Part shown: piece by piece, positions 9,876-18,486 of the stretch
How the letters are laid out: each line of letters opens with the position of its first letter
How positions within the stretch are numbered: the stretch's first letter is position 1
Source of the DNA: Copranaerobaculum intestinale
GTDB taxonomy: Bacteria; Bacillota_I; Bacilli_A; Erysipelotrichales; Erysipelotrichaceae
Assembly (NCBI RefSeq): GCF_009831105.1
Contig: NZ_WUUQ01000001.1
Coordinates: 480,001 to 512,000, forward strand
DNA: 32,000 nucleotides
Reading direction: 5' to 3'
Made by a program: the position numbers and the translations under genes
Notes under the pieces: generated by a model
What the model was told of the DNA's origin: nothing
Database searches by the model: none
The model's input: only the letters and a program-made list of their open reading frames with translations

Positions 9876-10565
9876 ATGTTTGAACACAAGAAACCATTGT
9901 TACATCCGGTTAAAGTTGAAAAGCCCAATCCGCAATATGCCGTTCTCATGCAGGAACAGCTCGGTGGCAACAACGGAGAATTAAAGGCGGCTATGCAGTA
10001 CCTGTCGCAGAGCTTTCGGGCCAAGGATCCGGTCTTTAAAGACCTGTTTCTGGATATCGGAACAGAAGAGCTCAGCCATATGGAAATGGTTGCGGAAACG
10101 ATCAATCTGCTGAACGGTGATGATGTTGATTACCGCAAGGTGAAGAATGGTGAAATCGAAACCATGGTTACCTTCGGACTAAATCCGGCCCTGGTTAATT
10201 CCAGTGGTAATCCTTGGACCGCAGATTATGTCACGGTTACCGGCGATCTGGCGGCCGATTTGCTGGCGGACATCGCTAGTGAACAGCGGGCAAAGGTTGT
10301 TTATGAGTATCTGTATCGGCAGATTGACGACAAATATGTCAAGGAAACAATCATGTTTTTGCTGGAACGGGAGGAAGCACACAATGCGCTGTTTTGTGAG
10401 GCTCTCAATAAAATCGGCGATGAAGGCAGTAATCGAAACTTTGGTATGAGTGAAGACAGCCGTCTGTATTTCGATCTGTCAAAGCCGGGACGTTATTTTG
10501 ATGATCCGGATCCAAAGGCACCGAAGATGGCAAACACCTGTTGCTCATCAAAGCAAAAGAAATAA
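9876..10565 (+). CDS. manganese catalase family protein (CotJC/YjqC type)
   Basis: The N-terminus (MFEHKKPLLHPVKVEKPNPQYA...GGNNGELKAAMQYLSQSF...IGTEELSHMEM) aligns with B. subtilis CotJC as recalled, including di-metal ligand motifs (E..H) and ASEQRAKVVYE. ATG 9876 has better spacing from AAGGAG than ATG 9870. Confidence 0.85.
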   Translation: MFEHKKPLLHPVKVEKPNPQYAVLMQEQLGGNNGELKAAMQYLSQSFRAKDPVFKDLFLDIGTEELSHMEMVAETINLLNGDDVDYRKVKNGEIETMVTFGLNPALVNSSGNPWTADYVTVTGDLAADLLADIASEQRAKVVYEYLYRQIDDKYVKETIMFLLEREEAHNALFCEALNKIGDEGSNRNFGMSEDSRLYFDLSKPGRYFDDPDPKAPKMANTCCSSKQKK

Positions 10566-10573
10566 ATCAGAAA

Positions 10574-10603
10574 GCGGAAAGAATATCTTTCTGCTTTTCT
10601 TTT
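10574..10603 (+). terminator. rho-independent terminator after the Mn catalase gene
   Basis: GCGGAAAGA-ata-TCTTTCTGC (one mismatch) followed by TTTTCTTTT. Confidence 0.65.
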
Positions 10604-10651
10604 CCGTTTTGAAAGCAAGCTGCGTTATAATGAATAAAAGAGGTGATAAGC

Positions 10652-10954
10652 ATGCAGGATCACGATCATTTCTACTACAATATTTATGCCATCATGGAAG
10701 AAATACCTGCCGGGAAAGTGGCTTCCTATGGTCAGCTGGCGCGGCTTGCCGGTCAGCCCAAGCATGCGCGCTTGGTTGGCAGAGCATTGCATGAAGCCGG
10801 ATCTTATGGAGATTTTCCCTGTCATCGAGTCGTTGGACACAATGGCCGTCTCGCACTTGACTTTGCGGATCAGCGCGCACGGCTGGAAGCGGAAGGAGTA
10901 ACCTTCTTAAAGAATGGTAATGTTGATATGAAGCATCATCAATGGAAAGAATAA
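10652..10954 (+). CDS. single-domain MGMT-family protein (O6-alkylguanine-DNA alkyltransferase DNA-binding/active-site domain only, COG3695-like)
   Basis: About 100 aa. IPAGKVASYGQLARLAG (HTH), HARLVGRAL and a retained PCHRVV active-site motif. No N-terminal Ada/Ogt domain. Start ATG 10652 follows AAAGAGGTGA. Confidence 0.85.
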   Translation: MQDHDHFYYNIYAIMEEIPAGKVASYGQLARLAGQPKHARLVGRALHEAGSYGDFPCHRVVGHNGRLALDFADQRARLEAEGVTFLKNGNVDMKHHQWKE

Positions 10955-10970
10955 TTGTAAACTTTTTTAT

Positions 10971-10991
10971 ATATGACATAGGATGTCATAT
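10971..10991. repeat. perfect 9-bp inverted repeat ATATGACAT-agg-ATGTCATAT (candidate operator)
   Basis: Read directly from the sequence. It lies between the MGMT-like stop (10954) and the zinc-ribbon gene, just downstream of a TTGTAA hexamer (10955-10960). No U-tract follows, so it is not a classic terminator. Confidence 0.6.
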
Positions 10992-11005
10992 TGGATGTGA
11001 TAAGC

Positions 11006-11032
11006 TATGCTCATAAAGGAGATGAGCATATG
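11006..11032 (+). promoter_or_regulatory. perfect 9-bp stem TATGCTCAT / ATGAGCATA with the SD AAAGGAG as its 7-nt loop; the start codon begins on the last stem base
   Basis: Read directly. 5' arm 11006-11014, loop 11015-11021 (AAAGGAG), 3' arm 11022-11030, ATG at 11030-11032. Confidence 0.6.
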
Positions 11033-11305
11033 AAAGAAATGAAATTTTGTCAGTCCTGCGGCATGCCGCTGGGAGATCATCTGGAGGAAAGCGGTCTTGA
11101 AAAAGACGGAAGCAAAAGCGGTGATTATTGTAAATACTGCTATCAGGATGGTGCTTTCACCCAGGAGTGTACGATGGAACAGATGATTGAAGGATGCCTG
11201 CCGTTTGAGGCAAAGGCATTTCCGGAAATGAGTGAGGCGCAGTTGCGGGCGCGGGCATATGAGTATTTCCCGACGCTGAAACGCTGGGCTAAGGATGCAA
11301 AGTAG
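11030..11305 (+). CDS. small zinc-ribbon domain protein, function unknown
   Basis: 91 aa. CQSCGMP ... CKYCYQDG four-cysteine ribbon followed by a helical tail. AAGGAG SD 8 nt upstream. Confidence 0.7.
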   Translation: MKEMKFCQSCGMPLGDHLEESGLEKDGSKSGDYCKYCYQDGAFTQECTMEQMIEGCLPFEAKAFPEMSEAQLRARAYEYFPTLKRWAKDAK

Positions 11306-11324
11306 CGGCTAAGCCGCTTTTTTG
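11304..11324 (+). terminator. rho-independent terminator after the zinc-ribbon gene
   Basis: AGCGGC-taa-GCCGCT hairpin followed by TTTTT. Confidence 0.7.
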
Positions 11325-11345
11325 CATATAATGGCGGGCTAAAAA

Positions 11346-11375
11346 TTAGAAGTTTTATCCTAAGTAGGGTATAAT
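11346..11375 (+). promoter_or_regulatory. candidate sigma-A promoter for uvrA
   Basis: TTAGAA (11346-11351), 18-nt spacer, TATAAT (11370-11375). Confidence 0.4.
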
Positions 11376-11407
11376 AAATGAGCATGTAATGATATGAGGT
11401 GATTACC

Positions 11408-14230
11408 ATGAATAATGAATTCATTAGAATAAAGGGAGCAAGGGAAAACAATTTAAAGAACATCGATATTGAAATTCCGCGTGATAAATTTGTCATTATG
11501 ACCGGAGTATCCGGTTCCGGCAAAACCTCGCTGGCGTTTGATACGATTTATGCCGAGGGTCAGCGGCGGTATGTAGAAAGTTTGAGCGCCTATGCCAGAC
11601 AGTTTTTAGGCAACAGTGAGAAGCCGGAGGTAGACAGTATCGAAGGGCTGTCACCGGCCATTTCCATCGATCAGAAAACGACCAGTAATAATCCGCGTTC
11701 GACCGTAGGTACAGTTACTGAAATCTACGATTATCTGCGGCTGCTGTATGCCCGTATCGGCGTACCGTACTGTCCGACCCATCATGAGCCGATCACATCT
11801 CAGACGATCAAACAGATGGTCGATCGGGTAATGGAGATTGAAGACAAGACCAGACTTATGATCTTGGCCCCGGTTATGCGGGGGAAAAAAGGTACCCACA
11901 AGGATTTCTTTGAAAAACTTCAAAAGGAAGGATACATTCGTGTACGGGTTGACGGCGAGGTTCATCTGATTGAGGACATGGAGCCGTTGGAAAAAAACAA
12001 TAAACACGATATTGATGTGATTGTAGATCGTATTGTTAAGAGCGATGATCGTTCCCGATTGCACGATTCTTTAGAATCAGCACTGAAATTGGCAGAGGGC
12101 AACGCCATCGTAGCTTACAACGGAGAAGAAATTCTTTTCTCCAGTAATTACAGCTGTAAGTATTGCGGCTTTTCCATACCTAAACTGGAACCCCGATTAT
12201 TTTCCTTTAATGCGCCGTTTGGCGCCTGTGACTGCTGTAAAGGACTGGGGGTAACGATGAAGGTCGATCTGGATTATTTAATTCCGGACCGCAGTAAAAC
12301 CATCCATGAAGGCGGTATTGTCTATTATAAGAATATCCTGCATAAGGACAATCTGGAGTGGCAGCGATTTAAAGCACTCTGTGATTATTATAAAATCAGT
12401 ATCGATAAACCGATCAATAAGCTGACGAAGCGGCAGCTGGATATTTTATTGTATGGCTCTAAGGATATGATCTCCTATAAAATCTATTCTAAGTCCGGCA
12501 ATACCTCGGAACGTAATGAATATATCGAGGGTATCTGTACGCTGATCGAACGCCGCTATCGGGAAACTTCTTCTCAGATGAGCCGCGATTGGTATGCGAC
12601 CTTCCTGAGTGAATCAGAGTGTCCGCAATGCGGCGGGAGAAGACTGAACGAGCAGGCGCTGAGTGTCCGTATCGGCGGTAAAAATATTTATGAATGGACT
12701 GAGATGTCCGTACGTGACGCGTTACGTTTCATGGATCAGCTGACACTTACCAAGCAGCAAGCGGAAATTGCTTTTTTGGTACTGAAGGAAATCAGAGAGC
12801 GATTGACGTTTTTAAGCAATGTCGGATTAAACTATTTGTCATTGAATCGTCTGGCCGGCACCCTGTCCGGCGGCGAAGCTCAGCGAATTCGTTTGGCTAC
12901 GCAAATTGGCTCTCATCTGAGCGGTGTTTTGTATGTGCTGGATGAACCGAGCATCGGTCTGCATCAGCGTGATAATGACCGTCTGATCAATACGCTGAAG
13001 AATATGCGCGATCTTGGTAATTCCTTGATTGTTGTCGAGCATGATGAAGATACGATGCGGGCTTCCGATTATATTATTGATATCGGTCCGGGAGCCGGCG
13101 TGCACGGCGGCAACGTGGTTGCCATGGGAACACCGGAAGAGGTAATGAACAATCCGGCATCGCTGACCGGTCAGTATTTATCCGGCAAACGGAAGATTGA
13201 TGTACCGATGATACGGCGTAAGGGCAACGGAAAAAAACTGGAAGTTGTGAATGCCTATGAAAATAATCTGAAGCATGTCAACGTTACCATTCCGCTGGGC
13301 GTGATGACGGTAGTAACCGGAGTGAGCGGCAGCGGCAAATCATCACTGGTTACGGAGATCATCTCCAAGGGCATTGCTCAGCATTTGGGCCGTCAGCATG
13401 TGAAGCCGGGCAAGCACGACAAGATCAAGGGCATCAAAAATATTGATAAGATCATTGATATTTCTCAAGATCCGATCGGGCGTACACCGCGCTCCAATCC
13501 GGCTACTTACACCGGGGTGTTTGATGATATCCGCGATCTGTTCACACAAACTCCGGATGCGAAAGAGCGTGGCTACGAAAAGGGCCGCTTCTCCTTTAAC
13601 GTAAAGGGCGGTCGCTGTGAAGCCTGCCAGGGAGATGGAATCCTGAGAATTTCCATGCATTTTTTGCCGGATGTCTATGTGCCGTGTGAGGAATGCGGAG
13701 GCAAGCGTTACAATGAAGAAACGCTGCAGGTAAAATTCAAGGATAAAAATATCTATGATGTTCTGGAGATGACAGTGGAGGAAGCGATCAGCTTCTTTTC
13801 CGGAGTTCCGAAGATCAAACATAAGCTGCAGACGCTGTATGATGTGGGACTCGGTTATATTAAGCTCGGTCAGAGCGCAACCACTTTGTCCGGCGGGGAA
13901 GCCCAGCGGGTCAAGCTTGCCAGTGAGCTGCAGCGCAAGGCAACCGGCAAGACGCTGTTTTTGTTGGATGAGCCGACTACCGGTCTGCATACGCATGACG
14001 TCGCAAAGCTGTTGGAGGTTTTGCAGCGAATCGTCGATAATGGCGATACCGTGATCGTGATCGAGCACAACCTTGACATAATCAAGTGCGCGGATTATAT
14101 TATTGACATCGGTCCGGAGGGCGGAGACGAAGGCGGAGAAATCGTTGCCACCGGTACTCCGGAGCAGATTGCAAACACCCCGGGGAGCTATACCGGACAG
14201 TATTTAAAACCTATATTGAAAAGAGGATAA
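11408..14230 (+). CDS. uvrA: excinuclease ABC subunit A
   Basis: About 940 aa. Two ABC modules ([14 protein letters not shown] and [11 protein letters not shown], [12 protein letters not shown] twice) and zinc modules (CKYCGF...[20 protein letters not shown]...CEECGG). ATG 11408 follows GAGGTGA. Confidence 0.97.
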   Translation: MNNEFIRIKGARENNLKNIDIEIPRDKFVIMTGVSGSGKTSLAFDTIYAEGQRRYVESLSAYARQFLGNSEKPEVDSIEGLSPAISIDQKTTSNNPRSTVGTVTEIYDYLRLLYARIGVPYCPTHHEPITSQTIKQMVDRVMEIEDKTRLMILAPVMRGKKGTHKDFFEKLQKEGYIRVRVDGEVHLIEDMEPLEKNNKHDIDVIVDRIVKSDDRSRLHDSLESALKLAEGNAIVAYNGEEILFSSNYSCKYCGFSIPKLEPRLFSFNAPFGACDCCKGLGVTMKVDLDYLIPDRSKTIHEGGIVYYKNILHKDNLEWQRFKALCDYYKISIDKPINKLTKRQLDILLYGSKDMISYKIYSKSGNTSERNEYIEGICTLIERRYRETSSQMSRDWYATFLSESECPQCGGRRLNEQALSVRIGGKNIYEWTEMSVRDALRFMDQLTLTKQQAEIAFLVLKEIRERLTFLSNVGLNYLSLNRLAGTLSGGEAQRIRLATQIGSHLSGVLYVLDEPSIGLHQRDNDRLINTLKNMRDLGNSLIVVEHDEDTMRASDYIIDIGPGAGVHGGNVVAMGTPEEVMNNPASLTGQYLSGKRKIDVPMIRRKGNGKKLEVVNAYENNLKHVNVTIPLGVMTVVTGVSGSGKSSLVTEIISKGIAQHLGRQHVKPGKHDKIKGIKNIDKIIDISQDPIGRTPRSNPATYTGVFDDIRDLFTQTPDAKERGYEKGRFSFNVKGGRCEACQGDGILRISMHFLPDVYVPCEECGGKRYNEETLQVKFKDKNIYDVLEMTVEEAISFFSGVPKIKHKLQTLYDVGLGYIKLGQSATTLSGGEAQRVKLASELQRKATGKTLFLLDEPTTGLHTHDVAKLLEVLQRIVDNGDTVIVIEHNLDIIKCADYIIDIGPEGGDEGGEIVATGTPEQIANTPGSYTGQYLKPILKRG

Positions 14231-14233
14231 GCT

Positions 14234-15172
14234 ATGAACGATAAAGTAATCACGATGCGCGGACTGAAAGATAACTTTCGGTTTGAACAGGTCACCGGCA
14301 ATCAGGAGAGTTTAAATCGTCCGATTACCATTGCGGATACTAACCGTCCCGGTCTGGAGCTCGCAGGATTTTATGACTATTCGCAGTTGAAGCGGCTGAT
14401 TGTCCTTGGTGATAAAGAGATTGCTTATATCGAAACAATGAGTGAGGAGGCGCAGCGGCGCGCTTTTGACTTTATAACCGATGAAACAACACCAGGCATT
14501 GTAATATCGAAAAATCATTTATGTCCGAGAATTCTGTATCATATTGCGGAAGAAAAGAACTTTCCGGTGCTTCGTTCGTCCTGGCCGACATTTCGGGTTA
14601 CCATTGATGTCGTTACTTTTCTGGATGAACAGCTGGCTCCTACGGAATGTATTCACGGCGGCCTATTGAGCATTTATGGAAAAGGGGTGCTGATTCGCGG
14701 TGAAAGCGGACTGGGCAAAAGTGAGATCGCATTGGAATTGATCAAGCACGGCCATCAGTTGGTTGCCGATGATCGGGTAGACTGTTATCGAATCCACAAC
14801 CGCATTGTCGGCAAAGCGCCGAAGCTTCTAGCCGGGATGCTGGAGATCCGCGGGATCGGCATTATCAATGTCGCCCGAATGTTTGGCGCCAGTACGGTGC
14901 TTCCGGAAATGGAAGTAGACTTTGAGGTCTGCCTTGAAAAGTGGCGGGACAATGCAAATTATGATCGAGTAGGTATCGAGGAGAAGAAGTATGATCACAT
15001 TCTCGATGTGGATATTCCGATGATCGTTGTCCCGGTACGGGAAGGACGGTCGATGGCTGCGATTATTGAATCGGCTGTCACCAATTTCACTTTGAGTGAA
15101 ATGGGCATGGACAGTGCTAAGGAATTTGAACAGCGCGTTCTTTCTTACATTAAGGAAAACGCTGAGAAATAG
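14234..15172 (+). CDS. hprK: HPr kinase/phosphorylase
   Basis: GVLIRGESGLGKSEIALELIKHGHQLVADD P-loop and LEIRGIGIINV signature, about 312 aa. Starts 3 nt after the uvrA stop. Confidence 0.95.
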   Translation: MNDKVITMRGLKDNFRFEQVTGNQESLNRPITIADTNRPGLELAGFYDYSQLKRLIVLGDKEIAYIETMSEEAQRRAFDFITDETTPGIVISKNHLCPRILYHIAEEKNFPVLRSSWPTFRVTIDVVTFLDEQLAPTECIHGGLLSIYGKGVLIRGESGLGKSEIALELIKHGHQLVADDRVDCYRIHNRIVGKAPKLLAGMLEIRGIGIINVARMFGASTVLPEMEVDFEVCLEKWRDNANYDRVGIEEKKYDHILDVDIPMIVVPVREGRSMAAIIESAVTNFTLSEMGMDSAKEFEQRVLSYIKENAEK

Positions 15173-15186
15173 GAGGAACGCGAATT

Positions 15187-16656
15187 ATGAGTTTATTTCC
15201 TGATACAAAAACCTTTATGACAATCGGACCGCTGCATATTGCTTGGTATGCGGTAATTATTCTAAGTGCTGCTTTTCTGACCTATTATCTGTGTCTTAGA
15301 AAGTTCCGCAAAATGGGTTATGAGGATGAAATATTTGAAAATTTTTTCCTGATGATGCTTCCCACTGCGATCATCGGCGCTCGTATCTGGTATGTCATCT
15401 TTGAATGGCGGCAGTATGTCGATAATCCGATCCGGGTATTTTATATCTGGGAGGGGGGCTTGGCAATTCACGGCGGTATCATCGCTGCGGTGCTCTTGGG
15501 CTGGTATTACTTCCGGAAGCGCTGTATCAACGGCTTACGCATCATGGACGTCGTGTTTCCCTATCTGCTGATTGCACAAGCAATCGGACGCTGGGGAAAC
15601 TTCATGAATCAGGAAGCGTACGGCGGTGCGGTAAGCGCTCAGTTTATGAGTCATTTTCCGGCCTTTATCAAAGACCAGATGTTTATCATGGGTGAGTATC
15701 ATCATCCTACCTTTCTGTATGAGAGCATCGGAAATATTGTCGGATTTATTCTGATTTATTTTGTTTACCGAAAATACGGACGCAGAAAACGCGGTGATCT
15801 GACATTTGCCTATCTTGCCTGGTATGGTTTGGTACGGTTTTTTGTCGAAGGCTTCCGTACCGATTCACTGATGATGGGTAATATTAGAGTTGCTCAGCTG
15901 GTTTCTATTTTGGGTATCATCATCGGACTGCTCGGAATTGCCGGAGTTTGGGATAAGCTGTTTCAAAATTTCTACCCGTTTAAGAAACAGAAGCCGGCGG
16001 TCATTTTTGATTTAGACGGTACACTGCTGGATACCGAAGCTTTGATATTTGCTTCCTTCCGTCATGTATTCAGTAAGTACAAGCCGGGATATGAATTATC
16101 GTTAAAAGAATTAAAATCATTTTTGGGACCGACTTTAAAAGCTTCCTTTGAGAAATATTTCGATCCGTCCATGAGTGAAGAACTGATACAGGCTTACCGG
16201 GAATACAATGTGGCGCATCATGATGAACTGGTAAAGCCGTTTCCCGGAGCTAAGGAAACCTTACAGTATTTGAAAGAACAGGAGTATCCGATTGCGATTG
16301 CTTCTAATAAGATAAAAGAGACCGTGGTTCGAGGGATCACTCACTGCGGTTTGGCAGAATACATCGATGTAATTATCGGCTGCGATCAAATTTGCGATCC
16401 GAAGCCGAGTCCCCAGTGTATCTTAGAAGCGTGCAAAGAGCTGTACTGCTCTCATGATGATGTCATTTATGTAGGTGACAGCATCACCGATATTCAGGCG
16501 GCGAAGAACATGGCGGCCTACAGTGTGGCAGTATTATTCGATGAGGAAAATGCGGATAATCTGCTGGCGGAAAAGCCGTGTCGAACGATTCATCATTTAA
16601 AAGAATTAATAGATATCGTAAAGGAGGATCACGAATGGAGCGACGCTACGATTTAA
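15187..16656 (+). CDS. lgt: prolipoprotein diacylglyceryl transferase (Lgt) fused to a C-terminal HAD-superfamily phosphatase (PpaX/PGP-like)
   Basis: Residues about 1-260 are polytopic and carry Lgt motifs (GARIWYV, GGLAIHGG, IGRWGNFMNQEAYG). Residues about 270-489 carry HAD motifs I-IV (FDLDGTLLDT, ASNK, KPSP, GDSITD). One uninterrupted 489-codon ORF. Confidence 0.88.
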   Translation: MSLFPDTKTFMTIGPLHIAWYAVIILSAAFLTYYLCLRKFRKMGYEDEIFENFFLMMLPTAIIGARIWYVIFEWRQYVDNPIRVFYIWEGGLAIHGGIIAAVLLGWYYFRKRCINGLRIMDVVFPYLLIAQAIGRWGNFMNQEAYGGAVSAQFMSHFPAFIKDQMFIMGEYHHPTFLYESIGNIVGFILIYFVYRKYGRRKRGDLTFAYLAWYGLVRFFVEGFRTDSLMMGNIRVAQLVSILGIIIGLLGIAGVWDKLFQNFYPFKKQKPAVIFDLDGTLLDTEALIFASFRHVFSKYKPGYELSLKELKSFLGPTLKASFEKYFDPSMSEELIQAYREYNVAHHDELVKPFPGAKETLQYLKEQEYPIAIASNKIKETVVRGITHCGLAEYIDVIIGCDQICDPKPSPQCILEACKELYCSHDDVIYVGDSITDIQAAKNMAAYSVAVLFDEENADNLLAEKPCRTIHHLKELIDIVKEDHEWSDATI

Positions 16657-17555
16657 TTATTATCGGGGCCGGACCTGCCGGTATGAGTGCGGCAATCTAC
16701 GGCAGCCGGGCGGGGTTAAAAACCGCGATGTTGGAAGAGGGGGCACCGGGAGGTAAGCTGATCAAGACCGCAGAAATTCAAAATTGGCCGGGCGTTAAGC
16801 AGGAAAGCGGAGCTGATCTGGCATATGAAATGTTTGAGCACTCTACCAATTTCGGAGCAGAATACTTATACGGAAGGGTAACCAAGATCGAAGACGGTGA
16901 GTGGAAAAAAATCACATGTGATGATGGTACTATCTATGAAGCAAAAAGTGTGATTGTCGCGACCGGTACGAAGGAGCGGATGCTGAACATCCCCGGTGAG
17001 GAAGCGAACATCGGGCGCGGTGTATCATATTGTGCGGTCTGTGACGGAGCCTTTTTCAAAGCAAAGCCGGTAGCGGTGATTGGCGGCGGTAACTCCGCAC
17101 TGGAAGAAGCGCTGTATCTGACCCAATTCGCAAGCAAAGTGTATATTGTGATCCGCCGCGATGTATTCCGCGCCGACGCGATCATTCAGGCATCGGTGGA
17201 AGCCAATGACAAAATTGAAATCGTGCGCAGCAGCGTTCCGGTAGCTGTACATGATGACGGGGCTCATGTAACATCTTTGGAAATCAAGAACGTCAATACG
17301 GATGAAACAAGCGAACTAACGGTAAGCGGCATCTTCCCGTATATCGGGCTTGACCCGGCCACCTCTTTTTTAGAGGGTCTGGACGTATTGGATGAACACG
17401 GATATATCGTAACCGACGATAATTGTGAAACCAAAGTAAAAGGAATCTATGGCGCTGGTGATGTAATTGTGAAAAAGCTGCGTCAGGTCGTAACCGCGGC
17501 CAATGACGGAGCAATCGCAGCACAGCACGCCTTCCATCAGATCAAGCATATTTAA
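16635..17555 (+). CDS. trxB: thioredoxin-disulfide reductase
   Basis: GAGPAG FAD motif, CAVCDG redox centre and GGGNSALEEA NADPH motif. ATG 16635 is 7 nt after AAGGAGG. Overlaps the lgt-HAD ORF end by 22 nt. Confidence 0.95.
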   Translation: MERRYDLIIIGAGPAGMSAAIYGSRAGLKTAMLEEGAPGGKLIKTAEIQNWPGVKQESGADLAYEMFEHSTNFGAEYLYGRVTKIEDGEWKKITCDDGTIYEAKSVIVATGTKERMLNIPGEEANIGRGVSYCAVCDGAFFKAKPVAVIGGGNSALEEALYLTQFASKVYIVIRRDVFRADAIIQASVEANDKIEIVRSSVPVAVHDDGAHVTSLEIKNVNTDETSELTVSGIFPYIGLDPATSFLEGLDVLDEHGYIVTDDNCETKVKGIYGAGDVIVKKLRQVVTAANDGAIAAQHAFHQIKHI

Positions 17556-17580
17556 CTGTCTTATTTAAGACAGTTTTTTA
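17554..17580 (+). terminator. rho-independent terminator after trxB
   Basis: AACTGTCTT-attt-AAGACAGTT 9-bp hairpin followed by TTTTT. Confidence 0.75.
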
Positions 17581-17581
17581 G

Positions 17582-17610
17582 TTGTGAACCACCCGAGGCT
17601 GTGGTACTAT
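17582..17610 (+). promoter_or_regulatory. candidate sigma-A promoter for rapZ-yvcK-whiA
   Basis: TTGTGA (17582-17587), 17-nt spacer, TGGTACTAT (extended -10, 17602-17610). Confidence 0.45.
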
Positions 17611-17631
17611 AGTGAAAAAGAGGTGAGGAAA

Positions 17632-18483
17632 ATGAGTGAACAGAACGTATTATTAATTACCGGGATGTCCGGAGCGGGAAAAACCTCTGCGATGGGTATC
17701 CTGGAAGATATGGGATACCACTGCATCGATCAGTTTCCGGTGCAGCTGATTAAGAATTTGGGTGAAATCATCAAGGATCAGCCGGATCCGCGTTATACGA
17801 ACATTGCGTTGGCGACCAATGCGCTGGATTACCCCAAATTTCTGAATTATTTTGAGAATATCGGCGTGAATGTCCGCGTTGTTTTCCTGGATGCATCGAA
17901 TGAAAAATTGCTGCTGCGCTATAAATTTACCCGCCGTTTGCATCCCTTTCTGATGTTCTCCAAAGCGAATACGCTAGAGGAAGCAATCGAAATGGAGCGG
18001 GATACATTTGATACCCTGAATGAGCGCGCGGTGCTGCATATTGATACGACCAAAATGAATCTCCAGGAGCTGAAGCGGGTGTTGGAAGCAAAGCTGCCGC
18101 TATCCAGTAAACCGGTCTTTTCTATTTCCTTTACATCGTTCGGCTATAAAAACGGTGTGCCGCTGGATGCGGATTTGTTGTTTGATGTACGGTTTTTGCC
18201 CAATCCTTATTATGTGGAAGAATTGAAACATCTCACCGGTGATGATCCGGAGGTTTATGAATATGTTATGAAGCATGAGGAAACCAAGATCTTTTTAGCG
18301 AAGCTTCAATCCTTTCTCGACTATGCCTTTCAGCAGTATAAAAAAGAAGGGAAAACGCATTTAACGGTAGGAATCGGCTGCACCGGAGGTCATCATCGGA
18401 GCATCTCGGTAACCAACTGGCTATATGACCATTACAAAGATCAGTATCACTGCTTCAAGGGTCATCGCGATAAGAAGGTATAG
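17632..18483 (+). CDS. rapZ: RNase adapter / nucleotide-binding protein RapZ (YvcJ)
   Basis: ITGMSGAGKTSA P-loop near the N-terminus, FLDA, C-terminal GCTGGHHRS motif, about 283 aa. ATG 17632 follows AAAGAGGTGAGG. Confidence 0.93.
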   Translation: MSEQNVLLITGMSGAGKTSAMGILEDMGYHCIDQFPVQLIKNLGEIIKDQPDPRYTNIALATNALDYPKFLNYFENIGVNVRVVFLDASNEKLLLRYKFTRRLHPFLMFSKANTLEEAIEMERDTFDTLNERAVLHIDTTKMNLQELKRVLEAKLPLSSKPVFSISFTSFGYKNGVPLDADLLFDVRFLPNPYYVEELKHLTGDDPEVYEYVMKHEETKIFLAKLQSFLDYAFQQYKKEGKTHLTVGIGCTGGHHRSISVTNWLYDHYKDQYHCFKGHRDKKV

Positions 18484-18486
18484 TAT

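Noticed and set aside
9629-10105. 158-aa minus-strand ORF across the transporter/catalase junction.
   Set aside because: It overlaps two well-supported + strand genes and their terminator, and its composition does not look protein-like.
10609-10631. TTGAAA ... TATAAT as a promoter for the MGMT-like gene.
   Set aside because: The hexamers are only 11 nt apart, too short for a sigma-A promoter. The -10 may still be used, but the pair cannot be called.
11306-11407. I looked for a LexA (Cheo) box, CGAAC-n4-GTTCG, upstream of uvrA, and also in 6500-6620 upstream of uvrB.
   Set aside because: I saw no GAAC-n4-GTTC match in either region. GAACACAATGAT near 6570 lacks the second half-site. SOS control cannot be claimed from the sequence.
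13343-14068. 241-aa ORF on the minus strand inside uvrA.
   Set aside because: It is fully antisense to a near-perfect UvrA reading frame. The translation is low-complexity (L/Q/R-rich) with no motif and no SD. It is a typical shadow ORF.
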